Source: an uncultured Bacteroidales bacterium
GTDB lineage: Bacteria > Bacteroidota > Bacteroidia > Bacteroidales > ML635J-15
Direction of reading: 5' to 3'
Assembly (NCBI GenBank): GCA_964511665.1
Contig: CAZEHA010000008.1
Location: 15,629 to 79,628, forward strand
Length of the DNA: 64,000 bases
Shown: positions 1 through 12,390 of the stretch, one piece after another
Numbering within the stretch: position 1 is the stretch's first letter
How the letters are laid out: each line of letters starts with the position of its first letter
The notes under the pieces: model-generated
What the model was told of the DNA's origin: nothing
Database searches by the model: none
Seen by the model: only the letters and a program-made list of their open reading frames with translations
Position numbers and translations under genes: made by a program

Positions 1-456
1 CTCAAAGAAGAGCTCAAGAAACTCACCAACAAAGATGTGCAGATTAATATTTTCGAGATTAAACGACCTGAACTCGATGCAAACCTTGTAGCCAATAATG
101 TAGCTCGTCAAATCGAAGGCAAAGTAGCTTATCGCAGGGCTGTGAAAATGGCAATTGCATCTACAATGCGCATGGGTGCCGAAGGAATTAAAATACAGGT
201 TTCGGGACGTTTAAATGGCGCAGAAATGGCTCGTTCGGAGATGTACAAAGAAGGTCGCACCCCTTTGCACACTCTCAGAGCAGACATCGACTATGCTCTG
301 GGCGAAGCGCTTACGAAAACCGGACTTATCGGAGTGAAGGTTTGGATTTGTCGTGGCGAGATTTTCGGAAAACGAGATCTTTCACCGAGCATCGAAGTAA
401 AAGGAGCAAAGAAAATTGCGAATAATAAGAAGCAACAACGTAGTAATAAAAGATAA
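1..456 (+). CDS. rpsC: 30S ribosomal protein S3 (C-terminal part; 5' end lies outside the window)
   Basis: Frame 1 is open from base 1. The S3 C-terminal domain sequence is present ([10 protein letters not shown]...[19 protein letters not shown]...YA). The gene sits directly upstream of L16, as in the S10 operon. Confidence 0.95.
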   Translation, partial: LKEELKKLTNKDVQINIFEIKRPELDANLVANNVARQIEGKVAYRRAVKMAIASTMRMGAEGIKIQVSGRLNGAEMARSEMYKEGRTPLHTLRADIDYALGEALTKTGLIGVKVWICRGEIFGKRDLSPSIEVKGAKKIANNKKQQRSNKR

Positions 457-476
457 CTGAATAAAACGGGGAAATA

Positions 477-902
477 ATGTTACAGCCAAAAAAGACAAAA
501 TTTAGAAGGCAGCAAAAGGGCAAAATGAAAGGTGTTGCCCAGCGAGGACACGAGATTGCTTTTGGTTCATTTGCCATTAAAGCCGAAGAGACGGCTTGGA
601 TAACAGGAAGGCAGATAGAAGCAGCCAGGATCGCGGTAACCCGCAAAATGCAACGTCAGGGGCAGATATGGATTAGAATATTCCCCGACAAACCAATTAC
701 CAAGAAACCGGCAGAAGTTCGTATGGGTAAAGGTAAAGGATCTCCCGAAGGTTTTGTGGCACCGGTAACACCGGGTCGCATCTTGTTCGAAGCCGATGGT
801 GTATCGCTCGAGTTGGCAAAAGAAGCCTTGCGTTTAGCATCTCAGAAGTTGCCGATTAAAACAAAGTTTGTTGTGAGAAGAGATTTTGATTATAACGAAT
901 AA
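477..902 (+). CDS. rplP: 50S ribosomal protein L16
   Basis: 141 aa beginning [15 protein letters not shown]...[12 protein letters not shown]..., the canonical L16. S3-L16-L29 gene order. Confidence 0.97.
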   Translation: MLQPKKTKFRRQQKGKMKGVAQRGHEIAFGSFAIKAEETAWITGRQIEAARIAVTRKMQRQGQIWIRIFPDKPITKKPAEVRMGKGKGSPEGFVAPVTPGRILFEADGVSLELAKEALRLASQKLPIKTKFVVRRDFDYNE

Positions 903-913
903 GATTCAGTGAA

Positions 914-1111
914 ATGAAAAACACCGAAATCAGAGAATTGAACGACAAAGAACTTGTCGAAAAAATCGAAGAGACCAAAACCACTCTTACACGTATGAAG
1001 ATGAATCACGTGGTATCGCCTCTCGATAACCCACAAAAGATTGTTGAGGTACGAAGACTGGTTGCACGTTTGAAAACCGAGCTTACAAAAAGGCAATTAA
1101 ATAATAAATAA
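914..1111 (+). CDS. rpmC: 50S ribosomal protein L29
   Basis: 65 aa with the L29 pattern ([18 protein letters not shown]). Position between L16 and S17. Confidence 0.95.
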   Translation: MKNTEIRELNDKELVEKIEETKTTLTRMKMNHVVSPLDNPQKIVEVRRLVARLKTELTKRQLNNK

Positions 1112-1124
1112 GCTACAATTGCAT

Positions 1125-1382
1125 ATGGAAAACAGAAACTTAAGAAAAGAACGTATTGGAGTTGTTGTAAGCAATAAAATGGAGAAATCGATTGTTGTTG
1201 CCGTTAAACGAAAAGAAAAACACCCCAAATACGGTAAGTTCGTGAACAAAACAAAGAAATTTGTAGCTCACGACGAGACTAACATTTGTGATATAGGTGA
1301 TGTGGTACGCATAATGGAAACCCGTCCGTTGAGCAAGAATAAGAATTGGAGATTAGTTGAAATCGTTGAAAAGGTTAAATAG
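1125..1382 (+). CDS. rpsQ: 30S ribosomal protein S17
   Basis: [21 protein letters not shown]...HDE...GD.V.I.E.RPLSK.K.W is S17. I prefer the third-codon Met (MENRN) over the track start at 1119. Confidence 0.95.
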   Translation: MENRNLRKERIGVVVSNKMEKSIVVAVKRKEKHPKYGKFVNKTKKFVAHDETNICDIGDVVRIMETRPLSKNKNWRLVEIVEKVK

Positions 1383-1384
1383 TT

Positions 1385-1753
1385 ATGATACAACAAGAAT
1401 CAAGATTAACGGTTGCCGATAACAGCGGTGCAAAAGAAGTTCTTTGCATCAGGGTGTTGGGAGGTACCGGACGTAAATATGCCGGAATTGGCGATAAAAT
1501 TGTTGTTACCGTTAAATCGGCTATGCCGGGGGGCGACATGAAAAAAGGTACAGTAACCAAAGCTGTTATTGTTAGAACAAAAAAAGAAATTCGTCGCGCT
1601 GATGGTTCTTATATACGTTTCGATGACAATGCCTGCGTTTTGTTAAACAATGCCGGCGAAATTAGAGGTACACGTATTTTTGGACCCGTTGCCCGTGAGT
1701 TACGCGAAAAACAATATATGAAGATTGTTTCGTTAGCACCCGAAGTTTTATAA
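1385..1753 (+). CDS. rplN: 50S ribosomal protein L14
   Basis: 122 aa, [26 protein letters not shown]..., canonical L14. Confidence 0.98.
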   Translation: MIQQESRLTVADNSGAKEVLCIRVLGGTGRKYAGIGDKIVVTVKSAMPGGDMKKGTVTKAVIVRTKKEIRRADGSYIRFDDNACVLLNNAGEIRGTRIFGPVARELREKQYMKIVSLAPEVL

Positions 1754-1770
1754 AATAATAGCATATTGAA

Positions 1771-2094
1771 ATGGCAAGGAAATTTCATGTAAAAAAAGGA
1801 GACGCGGTTGTTGTAATAGCCGGCGAATCGAAAGGACAGCAAGGCAGGGTTCTGAGCGTTGATCGCGAAAAAGAAAGAGCTATTGTCGAAGGTGTTAATA
1901 TTATCTCGCGACATACAAAACCAAATGCAAAGGCACCTCAGGGAGGAATTTTGAAAAAAGAAGCCCCGGTGCATATCTCGAATCTGATGATTGCCGATCC
2001 GAAAACAGGTAAGCCCACTCGTATCGGTCGCAAAATCGGGAAAAACAATAAATTGGTTCGTTACGCAAAAAAATCAGGAGAGGAGATTAAATAA
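1771..2094 (+). CDS. rplX: 50S ribosomal protein L24
   Basis: 107 aa with a KOW motif ([22 protein letters not shown]). Position between L14 and L5. Confidence 0.96.
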   Translation: MARKFHVKKGDAVVVIAGESKGQQGRVLSVDREKERAIVEGVNIISRHTKPNAKAPQGGILKKEAPVHISNLMIADPKTGKPTRIGRKIGKNNKLVRYAKKSGEEIK

Positions 2095-2651
2095 TGGACT
2101 ACAAACCCTCATTAATGAAGAAATATCAGGAAGAAATAATTCCTGAAATGACGAAAGAATTCGGATACACCTCGGTGATGCAGGTGCCCCGACTCGAGAA
2201 GATTGTTATAAATCAGGGTCTCGGTATGGCTATTGCCGATAAAAAAATCATCGAAATAGCGCTCGAAGAAATGACAATAATCACAGGCCAAAAACCTGTT
2301 ACCACATTGTCGAAGAAAGACGTTTCAAACTTTAAACTCAGGAAGAAAATGCCCATTGGAATCCGGGTTACGCTGCGTCGCGAGAAAATGTATGAGTTTC
2401 TCGAAAGACTTATTTCTGTTGCCCTGCCGCGTATTCGCGATTTTAAAGGTGTTAATTATAAACTAGATGGCAGGGGTAACTATACCTTGGGTGTTACCGA
2501 ACAAATTATATTCCCCGAAATAGATATCGATAAAATCTATAAAATGTTAGGGATGGATATCACTTTTGTTACATCATCTGAAAACGACGAAGAAGCATTT
2601 GCCTTGTTGAAGCATTTTGGTATTCCATTTAAAAACTTAAAAAAGAACTAA
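2094..2651 (+). CDS. rplE: 50S ribosomal protein L5
   Basis: 185 aa with L5 sequence (...[17 protein letters not shown]...[19 protein letters not shown]...). Confidence 0.97.
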   Translation: MDYKPSLMKKYQEEIIPEMTKEFGYTSVMQVPRLEKIVINQGLGMAIADKKIIEIALEEMTIITGQKPVTTLSKKDVSNFKLRKKMPIGIRVTLRREKMYEFLERLISVALPRIRDFKGVNYKLDGRGNYTLGVTEQIIFPEIDIDKIYKMLGMDITFVTSSENDEEAFALLKHFGIPFKNLKKN

Positions 2652-2652
2652 T

Positions 2653-2922
2653 ATGGCAAAAGAATCTATGAAGGCCCGCGAAGTGAAGAGGCAGAAACTG
2701 GTAGATAAATATGCTGCAAAGCGAGAAAGACTGAAAAAAGAAGGAAACTATGAAGCCCTGCAGGATTTGCCCAAAAATGCATCGCCGGTGCGCTTGCACA
2801 ATCGTTGCAGTCAATCGGGCCGTCCGAAAGGATATATGCGTCAGTTCGGAGTAAGTAGAATCGTTTTTCGCGAAATGGCATCGCAAGGCCTCATACCGGG
2901 TATTAAGAAAGCAAGTTGGTAA
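2653..2922 (+). CDS. rpsN: 30S ribosomal protein S14 (long, non-zinc form)
   Basis: 89 aa ending ...[32 protein letters not shown], as S14 does. It lacks the CxxC pairs of the short zinc form. Confidence 0.96.
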   Translation: MAKESMKAREVKRQKLVDKYAAKRERLKKEGNYEALQDLPKNASPVRLHNRCSQSGRPKGYMRQFGVSRIVFREMASQGLIPGIKKASW

Positions 2923-2940
2923 TATATAAGAATCAGAATA

Positions 2941-3336
2941 ATGACAGATCCGATTGCAGATTTTCTGACACGCATCAGAAACGCCGTAATGGCAAAACAC
3001 AGAGTGGTTGAAATTCCGGCTTCGAACATTAAGAAGGAAATGACCAAAGTTCTCTTCGATAAAGGCTATATTTTAAATTATAAATTCGAAGATGAAGGTC
3101 ATCAGGGCAATATTAAAATCGCCTTGAAGTATCATCCTATTAGCAAGGTTCCGGCAATAAAAAGTCTTACCCGTGTAAGTAAACCCGGTTTGCGTAAATA
3201 TGTTCCCAGCAACGAATTGCCCAGAGTATTGAACGGTTTGGGCGTGGCTATCTTGTCAACCAATAAAGGCATTATGACAGATAAGGAAGCTCGTGCCTTG
3301 AATGTTGGTGGCGAAGTATTGTGTTACATTTATTAA
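2941..3336 (+). CDS. rpsH: 30S ribosomal protein S8
   Basis: 131 aa, [15 protein letters not shown]...GGEVLCYIY, canonical S8. Confidence 0.98.
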   Translation: MTDPIADFLTRIRNAVMAKHRVVEIPASNIKKEMTKVLFDKGYILNYKFEDEGHQGNIKIALKYHPISKVPAIKSLTRVSKPGLRKYVPSNELPRVLNGLGVAILSTNKGIMTDKEARALNVGGEVLCYIY

Positions 3337-3347
3337 AAAGTTTTATC

Positions 3348-3899
3348 ATGTCAAGGATAGGAAAATTACCGATTAGCAAACCTTCTAATGTTAGCGTTAC
3401 CGTTAACGAGGGTGTTATTACTGTGAAAGGTCCCTTGGGGGAATTACAGCAGAAGATTCATAACGATACCCAGATTGAAATTAGCGACACCGAAATACTG
3501 GTGAAACGAAATTCTGATGAACCCAACGATAGATCGAGTCATGGTTTGTATCGCTCGTTAATTGCCAATATGGTAGAAGGAGTGTCGAAGGGTTTTACCC
3601 TGCAACAGGAACTGGTTGGTGTTGGCTACAAGGCTGAAGCAAAAGGTCAGATATTAGAAATGTCGCTGGGATATTCTCATCATATTCATTTTGAATTACC
3701 TGCCGAAATAAAGGTTGAAGCCAAAACCGAAAAGAGGTCTAATCCAATTATTACACTTACCAGTCACGACAAACAATTGCTCGGACACGTGGCCGCAAAA
3801 ATCAGGTCGATGCGTAAACCTGAACCTTATAAGGGAAAAGGGATTAAGTTTGTAGGCGAAGAATTACGCAGGAAATCGGGTAAATCAGCTAATGTATAA
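3348..3899 (+). CDS. rplF: 50S ribosomal protein L6
   Basis: MSRIGKLPI...V.VKGP.G... is the L6 N-terminus. The internal Met at 3348 is chosen because the track start at 3321 overlaps the end of S8. Confidence 0.96.
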   Translation: MSRIGKLPISKPSNVSVTVNEGVITVKGPLGELQQKIHNDTQIEISDTEILVKRNSDEPNDRSSHGLYRSLIANMVEGVSKGFTLQQELVGVGYKAEAKGQILEMSLGYSHHIHFELPAEIKVEAKTEKRSNPIITLTSHDKQLLGHVAAKIRSMRKPEPYKGKGIKFVGEELRRKSGKSANV

Positions 3900-3917
3900 C
3901 AAGTAAAAATTACAGCA

Positions 3918-4274
3918 ATGGCTTTTTCGAAGCAAAACAGAAGATTAAAAATAAAAAGTCGCATCCGGAAACACGTCAACGGAACACAGACAAGGCCAAG
4001 GATGTCGGTATATCGCAGTAACAACCAAATCAGCGTTCAGTTGATCGACGACATCAATGGTGTTACGCTGGTGGCTGCCACATCATTAAGTAAGGAAATA
4101 GCAGCTCAGGTAGCTAACAAATCCGTTAAAGCCAATATGGTTGGTAAACTGGTAGCACAAAAAGCCAGTGAAGCCGGTATTACAGAAGTGGTTTTCGATA
4201 GAAACGGCTATCTCTATCATGGTAGAGTGAAGTCGTTGGCAGAAGGTGCGAGAGAAGGAGGGCTTAAATTTTAA
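3918..4274 (+). CDS. rplR: 50S ribosomal protein L18
   Basis: 118 aa with ...[17 protein letters not shown]...[24 protein letters not shown], the L18 signature. Confidence 0.97.
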   Translation: MAFSKQNRRLKIKSRIRKHVNGTQTRPRMSVYRSNNQISVQLIDDINGVTLVAATSLSKEIAAQVANKSVKANMVGKLVAQKASEAGITEVVFDRNGYLYHGRVKSLAEGAREGGLKF

Positions 4275-4282
4275 GAAACACA

Positions 4283-4804
4283 ATGAATATGTCGAGTAGC
4301 ATAAGAAAAGTAAAGACCAGTGATCTGGAACTCAAAGACAGATTGGTCGGAATACAAAGAGTAACAAAAGTTACCAAGGGAGGCCGTACCTTTAGTTTTT
4401 CGGCTATAGTAGTGGTTGGTAACGAAAACGGTATTGTTGGTTATGGACTGGGAAAAGCCAGCGAGGTAACCTCTGCCATTGCCAAAGGTGTTGAAGATGC
4501 AAAGAAAAATCTGATACAAGTACCTGTGGTGAAAGGAACCATTCCCCACGAGCAAATTGCCAAATACGGTGGTGCAAAAGTATGGCTTAAGCCGGCATCT
4601 TCGGGTACCGGTGTAAAGGCCGGAGGTGCTATGCGTGCTGTTCTCGAAAGTGTAGGTGTTACCGACGTGCTTGCCAAATCGAAGGGATCATCGAATCCGC
4701 ATAACCTGGTTAAAGCAACTTTTGCTGCACTCATAGAATTAAGAGATGCCAATACTGTAGCAATGCATCGTCAGGTGAGTATTGATAAAGTTTTTAACGG
4801 TTAA
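4283..4804 (+). CDS. rpsE: 30S ribosomal protein S5
   Basis: 173 aa with ...V.RV.KVTKGGR.FSF.A.VVVGN..G.VG.G.GKA.EV..AI.K..., which is S5. Confidence 0.97.
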   Translation: MNMSSSIRKVKTSDLELKDRLVGIQRVTKVTKGGRTFSFSAIVVVGNENGIVGYGLGKASEVTSAIAKGVEDAKKNLIQVPVVKGTIPHEQIAKYGGAKVWLKPASSGTGVKAGGAMRAVLESVGVTDVLAKSKGSSNPHNLVKATFAALIELRDANTVAMHRQVSIDKVFNG

Positions 4805-4814
4805 GATTATTGTC

Positions 4815-4994
4815 ATGACGAAAATTAAAATCACACAAATAAGGAGCAAAATCGGATGTACATTGCGTCAGAAACGCACCATCGAGGCTCTGGGAATCAA
4901 GAGAATGCACTATAGTGTTGAACTGGAAGCCACTCCACAAGTGTTGGGAATGGTAAAAAAGGTACATCATTTAGTGAAGGTAGAAGAAGTTTAA
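4815..4994 (+). CDS. rpmD: 50S ribosomal protein L30
   Basis: MTKIKITQIRSKIG....QK.T..ALG.... is L30 (59 aa). The internal Met is chosen because the track start at 4782 overlaps S5. Confidence 0.94.
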   Translation: MTKIKITQIRSKIGCTLRQKRTIEALGIKRMHYSVELEATPQVLGMVKKVHHLVKVEEV

Positions 4995-5015
4995 TTTGTA
5001 AACGAAAGTATAGTT

Positions 5016-5462
5016 ATGGATTTAAGTAGTTTAAAACCGGCAAAAGGTTCTGTGAAGAACAAAAAGCGATTAGGACGTGGGCAGGGATCAGGGCGTGGCG
5101 GTACATCGACACGTGGACACAAAGGAGCTCAATCGCGTTCGGGATACAAACGTACAAGAGGTTTTCAGGGTGGCCAGATGCCCCTTCAAAGAACTTCTCC
5201 CAAGTTCGGCTTCAATAACCTGAATCGTCTTGAGTATAAAGGTATCAATGTTAGCACACTTCAAGCACTAACCGAAAAGGCAAACACTACCGATATTAGT
5301 GTGAATACATTAATCGACAATGGCCTTGTGGCAAAAAAAGATAAAGTCAAAATTTTGGGTAACGGCGACTTAAAAGCAGTTCTCAATGTGAAGGCTCATG
5401 CTTTTTCGAAAACAGCCATTGAAAAAATCGAAGCTCTAGGTGGAACCGTTGAAAAAATCTAA
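5016..5462 (+). CDS. rplO: 50S ribosomal protein L15
   Basis: 148 aa, L..LKPA.GS.K..KR.GRG.GSG.GGTS.RGHKG..SRSG, which is L15. Confidence 0.97.
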   Translation: MDLSSLKPAKGSVKNKKRLGRGQGSGRGGTSTRGHKGAQSRSGYKRTRGFQGGQMPLQRTSPKFGFNNLNRLEYKGINVSTLQALTEKANTTDISVNTLIDNGLVAKKDKVKILGNGDLKAVLNVKAHAFSKTAIEKIEALGGTVEKI

Positions 5463-5465
5463 AGA

Positions 5466-6800
5466 ATGAAACGATTTATTGAGACATTAAAGAATATCTG
5501 GAAAATCGAGGATTTGCGCTCCCGAATTCTGATCACAATCGGATTTATTGCAATTTATCGACTCGGTTCCTATATTGTGTTGCCCGGCATCGACCCGAAC
5601 CAATTAGCCGATCTGAAAGCTCAAACCTCCGATGGTGTATTAAGTCTTCTCGATATGTTTTCGGGCGGAGCTTTCTCAAATGCTTCCATTTTTGCACTTG
5701 GAATTATGCCTTATATTTCTGCATCTATTGTGGTGCAGTTATTGGGTATCGCAGTGCCTTATTTCCAGAAACTTCAGCGCGAAGGCGAGAGTGGTCGCAA
5801 GAAAATCAATCAGATTACACGGTATTTAACAGTAGCTATTCTGTTGTTGCAGGCCCCAACCTATATCGCTAACCTTCACGCCCAGTTGCCTGCAACTGCT
5901 TTTATTGCCTCAGGTTTTATGTTCACATTTACTTCGGTGATAATACTAACAGCGGGAACCATGTTTGTTATGTGGCTCGGTGAAAAAATTACCGACAGGG
6001 GTATTGGTAATGGTATTTCTTTAATTATCATGATTGGGATTATTGCACGTCTCCCTTTTGCCTTTGCTGCCGAGTTTATTTCTCGCTTCGAAGAACAAAC
6101 CGGAGGATTGGTCATGTTCCTGGTTGAAATGATACTGCTTTTTGTTGTGTTTATGCTGTCGATTGCATTGGTGCAGGCCGTAAGACGTATACCTGTGCAA
6201 TATGCAAAACGCGTGGTTGGTAATAAACAATACGGTGGCGTACGGCAATATATTCCGCTAAAGATTAACGCAGCCGGTGTAATGCCCATCATTTTTGCAC
6301 AGGCGCTTATGTTTGTACCGCTTATGTTTGCAGGCTTTGCAGGCGAAAGCAGTGGCTTTGTTGCCGCCTTCGCCGATTACACAGGTTTTTGGTACAACTT
6401 CGTGTTCGCTTTGCTTATCATTATTTTTACATATTTCTACACAGCCGTTACTATCAATCCACAGCAAATGGCCGAGGATATGAAGAAGAACGGTGGTTTT
6501 ATCCCGGGCATAAAACCGGGCAAAAAAACAGTTGATTTTCTCGATAATATTATGTCGCGCATAACACTGCCCGGCTCTATCTTTTTGGCTATCATAGCAA
6601 TTTTACCTGCAATAGCCATGCTCGCAGGAATCAACAATCAGTTTGCAAGTTTCTATGGAGGTACTTCGCTGCTGATTCTTGTTGGGGTGGTACTCGATAC
6701 ACTTCAGCAAATTGAAAGTCATTTGTTGATGAGACATTACGATGGACTCACAAAATCGGGTAGAATTAAGGGCAGAGGTGCTACAACCTCGGCCATGTAG
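5466..6800 (+). CDS. secY: preprotein translocase subunit SecY
   Basis: 444 aa polytopic membrane protein with SecY motifs (IFALGIMPYISASI..QLL, GE.I...GIGNG.SLII). Located after L15. Confidence 0.97.
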   Translation: MKRFIETLKNIWKIEDLRSRILITIGFIAIYRLGSYIVLPGIDPNQLADLKAQTSDGVLSLLDMFSGGAFSNASIFALGIMPYISASIVVQLLGIAVPYFQKLQREGESGRKKINQITRYLTVAILLLQAPTYIANLHAQLPATAFIASGFMFTFTSVIILTAGTMFVMWLGEKITDRGIGNGISLIIMIGIIARLPFAFAAEFISRFEEQTGGLVMFLVEMILLFVVFMLSIALVQAVRRIPVQYAKRVVGNKQYGGVRQYIPLKINAAGVMPIIFAQALMFVPLMFAGFAGESSGFVAAFADYTGFWYNFVFALLIIIFTYFYTAVTINPQQMAEDMKKNGGFIPGIKPGKKTVDFLDNIMSRITLPGSIFLAIIAILPAIAMLAGINNQFASFYGGTSLLILVGVVLDTLQQIESHLLMRHYDGLTKSGRIKGRGATTSAM

Positions 6801-6816
6801 GAAATTTTAACGTTCT

Positions 6817-7593
6817 TTGATGATTTTTATTAAGACAGAAGAAGAGATTGAGTTAATGCGCGAAAGCAATTTGCTGGTGTCGAAGACTCACGCAATGCTG
6901 GCTCGCGAAATTAAAGAAGGTGTAAGCACCAATCGTCTCGATGTGTTGGCCGAACAGTTTATCAGAGATCACGGGGCAGTTCCCGGATTCCTGAATTACA
7001 ACGGCTATCCAAAATCTCTTTGTGTGTCGGTGAATGATGTGGTTGTTCATGGAATTCCTTCTGATTACCTGTTGCAATATGGCGATTTAGTGTCGATAGA
7101 TTGCGGTGTTTACAAAAACGGTTTCCACGGCGATTCTGCTTTTACCTTTACTGTAGGTGTGGTAAACGACGAAGTTAAAAAACTGATTGATGTTACACGC
7201 CAGGCTTTGTATCTCGGAATAGAACAAGCAAAAGTTGGAAACCGAATTGGAGACATTGGATTCGCTATTCAAAACCACGCCGAGAAAAATGGTTTTTCGG
7301 TGGTTCGAGAATTGGTTGGTCATGGCATCGGAAGAAGTCTTCACGAAAAACCCGAAGTGCCCAATTATGGTAGAAAAGGGCAGGGAGTGAAATTGACAAG
7401 TAATATGGTTATTGCCATTGAACCGATGATTAATCTGGGTCGAAAAAATGTTATTCAGATGAAAGACGGATGGACTATACGCACTTCTGACCGAAAGCCA
7501 AGCGCTCATTTTGAACACACTGTCGTAATTAGAAAAGATAAAGCAGACATATTGTCGAATTTTGACATAATTGATAGGGAATTAGGTAATTAA
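6817..7593 (+). CDS. map: type I methionine aminopeptidase
   Basis: 258 aa with the MetAP metal-ligand context (VVHGIP..., D.G....G..GD...T, VGHGIG...HE.P, EPM, EHT). No adk between secY and map. Confidence 0.95.
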   Translation: MMIFIKTEEEIELMRESNLLVSKTHAMLAREIKEGVSTNRLDVLAEQFIRDHGAVPGFLNYNGYPKSLCVSVNDVVVHGIPSDYLLQYGDLVSIDCGVYKNGFHGDSAFTFTVGVVNDEVKKLIDVTRQALYLGIEQAKVGNRIGDIGFAIQNHAEKNGFSVVRELVGHGIGRSLHEKPEVPNYGRKGQGVKLTSNMVIAIEPMINLGRKNVIQMKDGWTIRTSDRKPSAHFEHTVVIRKDKADILSNFDIIDRELGN

Positions 7594-7611
7594 AAAAGAG
7601 AAAAGAATTGT

Positions 7612-7830
7612 ATGGCGAAACAACCGTCGATAGAACAGGATGGTACCATAACCGAAGCATTGTCGAATGCAATGTTCCGGGTAGAACTTCACAATGGGCA
7701 TATCATTACCGCTCATATTTCGGGTAAAATGAGAATGCACTACATACGAATACTGCCCGGTGATAAGGTTAGGGTCGAAATGTCGCCATACGATTTAACA
7801 AAAGGAAGAATAACATTTAGGTATAAATAA
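7612..7830 (+). CDS. infA: translation initiation factor IF-1
   Basis: 72 aa, [22 protein letters not shown]...[33 protein letters not shown]. Confidence 0.98.
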   Translation: MAKQPSIEQDGTITEALSNAMFRVELHNGHIITAHISGKMRMHYIRILPGDKVRVEMSPYDLTKGRITFRYK

Positions 7831-7846
7831 AAATATTGGATAAATT

Positions 7847-7963
7847 ATGAAAGTTAGAGCATCAGTAAAAAAACGATCGGCCGATTGCAAAATCGTGAGA
7901 CGTAAGGGAAGGATTTATGTTATCAATAAGAAAAATCCAAAGTTTAAACAACGTCAAGGTTAA
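7847..7963 (+). CDS. rpmJ: 50S ribosomal protein L36 (Cys-poor form)
   Basis: 38-codon ORF below the ORF-track cutoff: [38 protein letters not shown]. Lies between infA and rpsM, as expected. Confidence 0.96.
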   Translation: MKVRASVKKRSADCKIVRRKGRIYVINKKNPKFKQRQG

Positions 7964-7980
7964 CATTAAAATAATTACAC

Positions 7981-8355
7981 ATGGCAAGAATTGCTGGTAT
8001 TGACATTCCAAGTAAGAAGAGAGGAGTAATAGCCCTTACTTACATTTATGGAATAGGAGTGAACAGAGCTCGTGAAATTTTAGACAAAGCCGGAGTTGAC
8101 TATAACACTAAAGCTCAGGATTGGAACGACGATCAGATTGCTGAAATACGTCGTGCTGCCGGAGAATATCGACTCGAGGGTGAATTGCGCTCCGAAACAC
8201 AGTTGAACATAAAACGTTTGCAAGACATTGGTTGCTATCGTGGTATCCGTCACAGAATCGGTTTGCCATTGCGTGGCCAAAAAACCAAAAACAATGCAAG
8301 AACCAGGAGAGGTAAGAAAAAAACGATAGCCAATAAGAAAAAAGCCACTAAATAG
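7981..8355 (+). CDS. rpsM: 30S ribosomal protein S13
   Basis: 124 aa, [11 protein letters not shown].....LTYIYGIG...A..I. Confidence 0.98.
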   Translation: MARIAGIDIPSKKRGVIALTYIYGIGVNRAREILDKAGVDYNTKAQDWNDDQIAEIRRAAGEYRLEGELRSETQLNIKRLQDIGCYRGIRHRIGLPLRGQKTKNNARTRRGKKKTIANKKKATK

Positions 8356-8362
8356 TTGAAGT

Positions 8363-8752
8363 ATGGCAAAAAAAGTTAAAACCACGAAAAAGCGCGTTGT
8401 TAAGATTGAACCGACAGGTCAAGCGCATATACATTCATCGTTCAACAATATTATTATTTCGTTGACAAATAATGATGGTCAGGTTATATCTTGGTCGTCG
8501 AGTGGCAAGAAAGGCTTCAGGGGCAGTAAGAAAAATACTCCCTATGCAGCTCAGGTAGCAGCCGAAGACTGCGCAAAAACCGCTTACGATCTCGGATTAC
8601 GCAAGGTAAAAGTATTTGTGAAAGGCCCCGGATCAGGAAGGGAATCAGCTATCAGAACCATTCACAATATGGGTATTGAAGTTATGGAGATTACCGATGT
8701 AACTCCGTTGCCTCACAATGGTTGTAGACCTCCCAAGAGAAGAAGAGTTTAA
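8363..8752 (+). CDS. rpsK: 30S ribosomal protein S11
   Basis: 129 aa with ...G.AHI.SSFNN.II.LT...G.VISWSS.G..GF.GS.K.TPYAAQ.AAE.... Confidence 0.98.
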   Translation: MAKKVKTTKKRVVKIEPTGQAHIHSSFNNIIISLTNNDGQVISWSSSGKKGFRGSKKNTPYAAQVAAEDCAKTAYDLGLRKVKVFVKGPGSGRESAIRTIHNMGIEVMEITDVTPLPHNGCRPPKRRRV

Positions 8753-8785
8753 TAATATTGTTTTTTAAAAAATTTAATAGTTAAT

Positions 8786-9394
8786 ATGGCAAGGTATATA
8801 GGCCCAAAAAGCAAAATCGCCCGAAAGTTTGGAGAACCAATTTACGGACCCGATAAGTATCTCGATAAGAAAAACTATCCTCCGGGATTTCATGGTTTAA
8901 ATAAAAGACGTAAAAAAAGTTCTGAGTATGGTATTCAGCTGGCCGAAAAGCAAAAAGCTAAATACACTTATGGAGTGCTCGAACGTCAGTTTCGTAAAAC
9001 ATTCCATAGAGCGCAATCGAGTAAAGGGATCACGGGTGTGGTGCTCCTGCAATTACTGGAATCGCGCCTCGACAATGTGGTTTTCAGAATGGGCATTGCC
9101 CCTACACGCGCTGCTGCTCGTCAGCTGGTGAGTCATCGTCACATAATTGTTAATGGTGATATTTGTAATATTGCCTCACGCATAATTGTTCCTGGCGATG
9201 TTGTTGGTATTCGCGAAAAATCAAAGTCACTTGAAGTGATTTCTCAGGCACTTACAGGGTTCAATCACAGTAAGTATCCATGGATTGAATGGGATGTTGA
9301 AACGCATTGTGGAAAACTGTTAAGTCTTCCGGAACGTGAACAGATACCCGAAAATATTAGAGAACAACTCATTGTGGAATTATATTCAAAATAA
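8786..9394 (+). CDS. rpsD: 30S ribosomal protein S4
   Basis: 202 aa, [12 protein letters not shown]........SEYG.QL.EKQK....YG.LE.QFR....LE.RLDN.VFR.G.A.TR..ARQLV.H.HI.VNG. Confidence 0.98.
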   Translation: MARYIGPKSKIARKFGEPIYGPDKYLDKKNYPPGFHGLNKRRKKSSEYGIQLAEKQKAKYTYGVLERQFRKTFHRAQSSKGITGVVLLQLLESRLDNVVFRMGIAPTRAAARQLVSHRHIIVNGDICNIASRIIVPGDVVGIREKSKSLEVISQALTGFNHSKYPWIEWDVETHCGKLLSLPEREQIPENIREQLIVELYSK

Positions 9395-9402
9395 CATAGT
9401 AA

Positions 9403-10395
9403 ATGGCAATATTAGCATTTCAGAAACCCGACAAAGTCATAATGCTGGAATCAGACGATTTTCGCGGAAAGTTCGAATTTCGTCCTCTCGAACCCGGTTA
9501 TGGCATCACAATTGGCAATTCACTACGAAGAATACTGCTTTCTTCGCTCGAAGGCTTTGCTATTACTTCAATTAAAATTGAAGGAGTCGATCATGAGTTT
9601 ACAAGCATCAAAGGTGTTATGGAAGATGTTACCGAGATTGTTTTGCAACTGAAACAAATTCGGTTTAAACGCCAGATAGAAGACTTTACTCACGAAAAAG
9701 CAACCATCATTGTTAATGGTCAGGATGAATTTAGGGCGGGCGATATCGGGAAATTCCTTACCGGATTCAAAATTCTCAACCCCGATTTGCTGATATGCAG
9801 GATGGAACAATCGGTAACCCTGAAAATGGAAATTACCATTAACAAGGGTAGAGGTTATGTTACTCCTGATGAGAATAAACCGCTCGAAGATGAGATAGGT
9901 GTGATTCCTATCGGTTCTATTCATACCCCTGTGGTGAATGTGAAATATCAGATCGAAAATATGAGGGTGGAGCAGAAAACCGATTACGAAAAACTGATTA
10001 TCGACATCGAAACAGATGGTTCAATACACCCTAAAGAAGCGCTGAAAGAAGCCGCAACAATATTGATTTATCACTTCATGCTCTTCTCCGACGAAAAAAT
10101 CACTATCGACGCCGATGAGAAAATGGAAAGTGAAGAGTTCGACGAAGAAGTATTGCATATGCGACAACTGCTAAAAACCAAACTCGTAGATCTCGACTTG
10201 TCGGTTCGCGCACTCAACTGCCTGAAAGCTGCCGAAGTGGAAACTCTGGGCGATTTGGTACAGTTCAACAAGAACGATTTACTGAAATTCAGGAACTTTG
10301 GTAAAAAATCGTTGACAGAACTGGAAAACCTGCTCGATAATATCAACCTGAATTTTGGGATGGAGATATCAAAATACAAACTCGATAAGGAATAA
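9403..10395 (+). CDS. rpoA: DNA-directed RNA polymerase alpha subunit
   Basis: 330 aa with an N-terminal domain (..F...PLE.GYG.T.GN.LRR.LLSSL.G.A...I.I.GV.HEF) and a C-terminal domain (L.LSVRA.NCLK.A...T.GDLV......L...RN.G.KSL.E.). Confidence 0.98.
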   Translation: MAILAFQKPDKVIMLESDDFRGKFEFRPLEPGYGITIGNSLRRILLSSLEGFAITSIKIEGVDHEFTSIKGVMEDVTEIVLQLKQIRFKRQIEDFTHEKATIIVNGQDEFRAGDIGKFLTGFKILNPDLLICRMEQSVTLKMEITINKGRGYVTPDENKPLEDEIGVIPIGSIHTPVVNVKYQIENMRVEQKTDYEKLIIDIETDGSIHPKEALKEAATILIYHFMLFSDEKITIDADEKMESEEFDEEVLHMRQLLKTKLVDLDLSVRALNCLKAAEVETLGDLVQFNKNDLLKFRNFGKKSLTELENLLDNINLNFGMEISKYKLDKE

Positions 10396-10407
10396 TTTTG
10401 AAAAGAG

Positions 10408-10965
10408 ATGAGACACAGGAAAAATTTTAATCATTTAGGTCGTAAAAGTGCACATCGAAAAGCGATGTTGTCGAATATGGCTATTTCGTTGCTGATACAT
10501 AAACGAATAAATACTACCGTAGCAAAAGCAAAGGCTCTTAGAACGTATGTAGAGCCCTTAATTACTCAGGCAAAAGAAGATAGTACACACAATCGTCGTG
10601 TAGTTTTCAGTGAGTTGCAGGACAAAAAAGCCGTTTCGGAATTGTTCCGCGAAATTATCGTAAAGGTTGGCGATCGTCCGGGTGGATATACCAGAATTTT
10701 GAGAACAGGAAAACGTATTGGCGACAATGCCGAAATGTGCCTCATAGAATTGGTCGACTATAACGAAAATATGTTGGGAACAAAAACCACACAAAAGAAA
10801 ACTGCTCGTCGTTCTCGTAAAAAAGCCGTTGGAGCTGTAGCTGAGCCTCAGGCGAAAGCGAAAACCGAGAAGCCGGTAGTCGAAGCAAAGCCAATAATTG
10901 AAGACAGCAAAATTGATGCTGCGCCCGAAGTTGAAAACAACAACGACGAAAAGGCTGCAGAATAA
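10408..10965 (+). CDS. rplQ: 50S ribosomal protein L17 (with a ~55 aa low-complexity K/A/E-rich C-terminal tail)
   Basis: MRH.K....LGR...HRKAML.N.A..L..H.RI.TT.AKAK.LR..VE.LIT.AK is L17. Last gene of the alpha operon. Confidence 0.96.
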   Translation: MRHRKNFNHLGRKSAHRKAMLSNMAISLLIHKRINTTVAKAKALRTYVEPLITQAKEDSTHNRRVVFSELQDKKAVSELFREIIVKVGDRPGGYTRILRTGKRIGDNAEMCLIELVDYNENMLGTKTTQKKTARRSRKKAVGAVAEPQAKAKTEKPVVEAKPIIEDSKIDAAPEVENNNDEKAAE

Positions 10966-10984
10966 TTTTAGAATAAATTTTTAA

Positions 10985-11012
10985 AGAGAGGGCTTTGTCC
11001 CTCTTTTTTTTT
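10985..11012 (+). terminator. Rho-independent terminator closing the ribosomal protein cluster
   Basis: 8 bp stem AGAGAGGG/CCCTCTTT (one G-U pair), 6 nt loop, then a run of 9 or more T, 20 nt after the rplQ stop. Confidence 0.8.
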
Positions 11013-11027
11013 AATTTTATAGCCTAA

Positions 11028-12326
<1,299 letters not shown>

Positions 12327-12350
12327 TTAATACTATTCCCATTTCTAATG

Positions 12351-12390
12351 ATGCCAAAATGACACCCTTATTTTGGCATTATTGGTTTTA
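12351..12390 (+). terminator. Rho-independent terminator after eno
   Basis: Perfect 10 bp stem ATGCCAAAAT/ATTTTGGCAT with a 9 nt loop and a T-rich tail. Confidence 0.7.

Noticed and set aside
10780-10965. Long K/A/E-rich C-terminal extension of L17 (185 aa versus ~127 aa in E. coli) as a possible novelty.
   Set aside because: Low-complexity basic/acidic tails on L17 are, to my knowledge, common in Bacteroidota. Nothing here suggests a fused domain.
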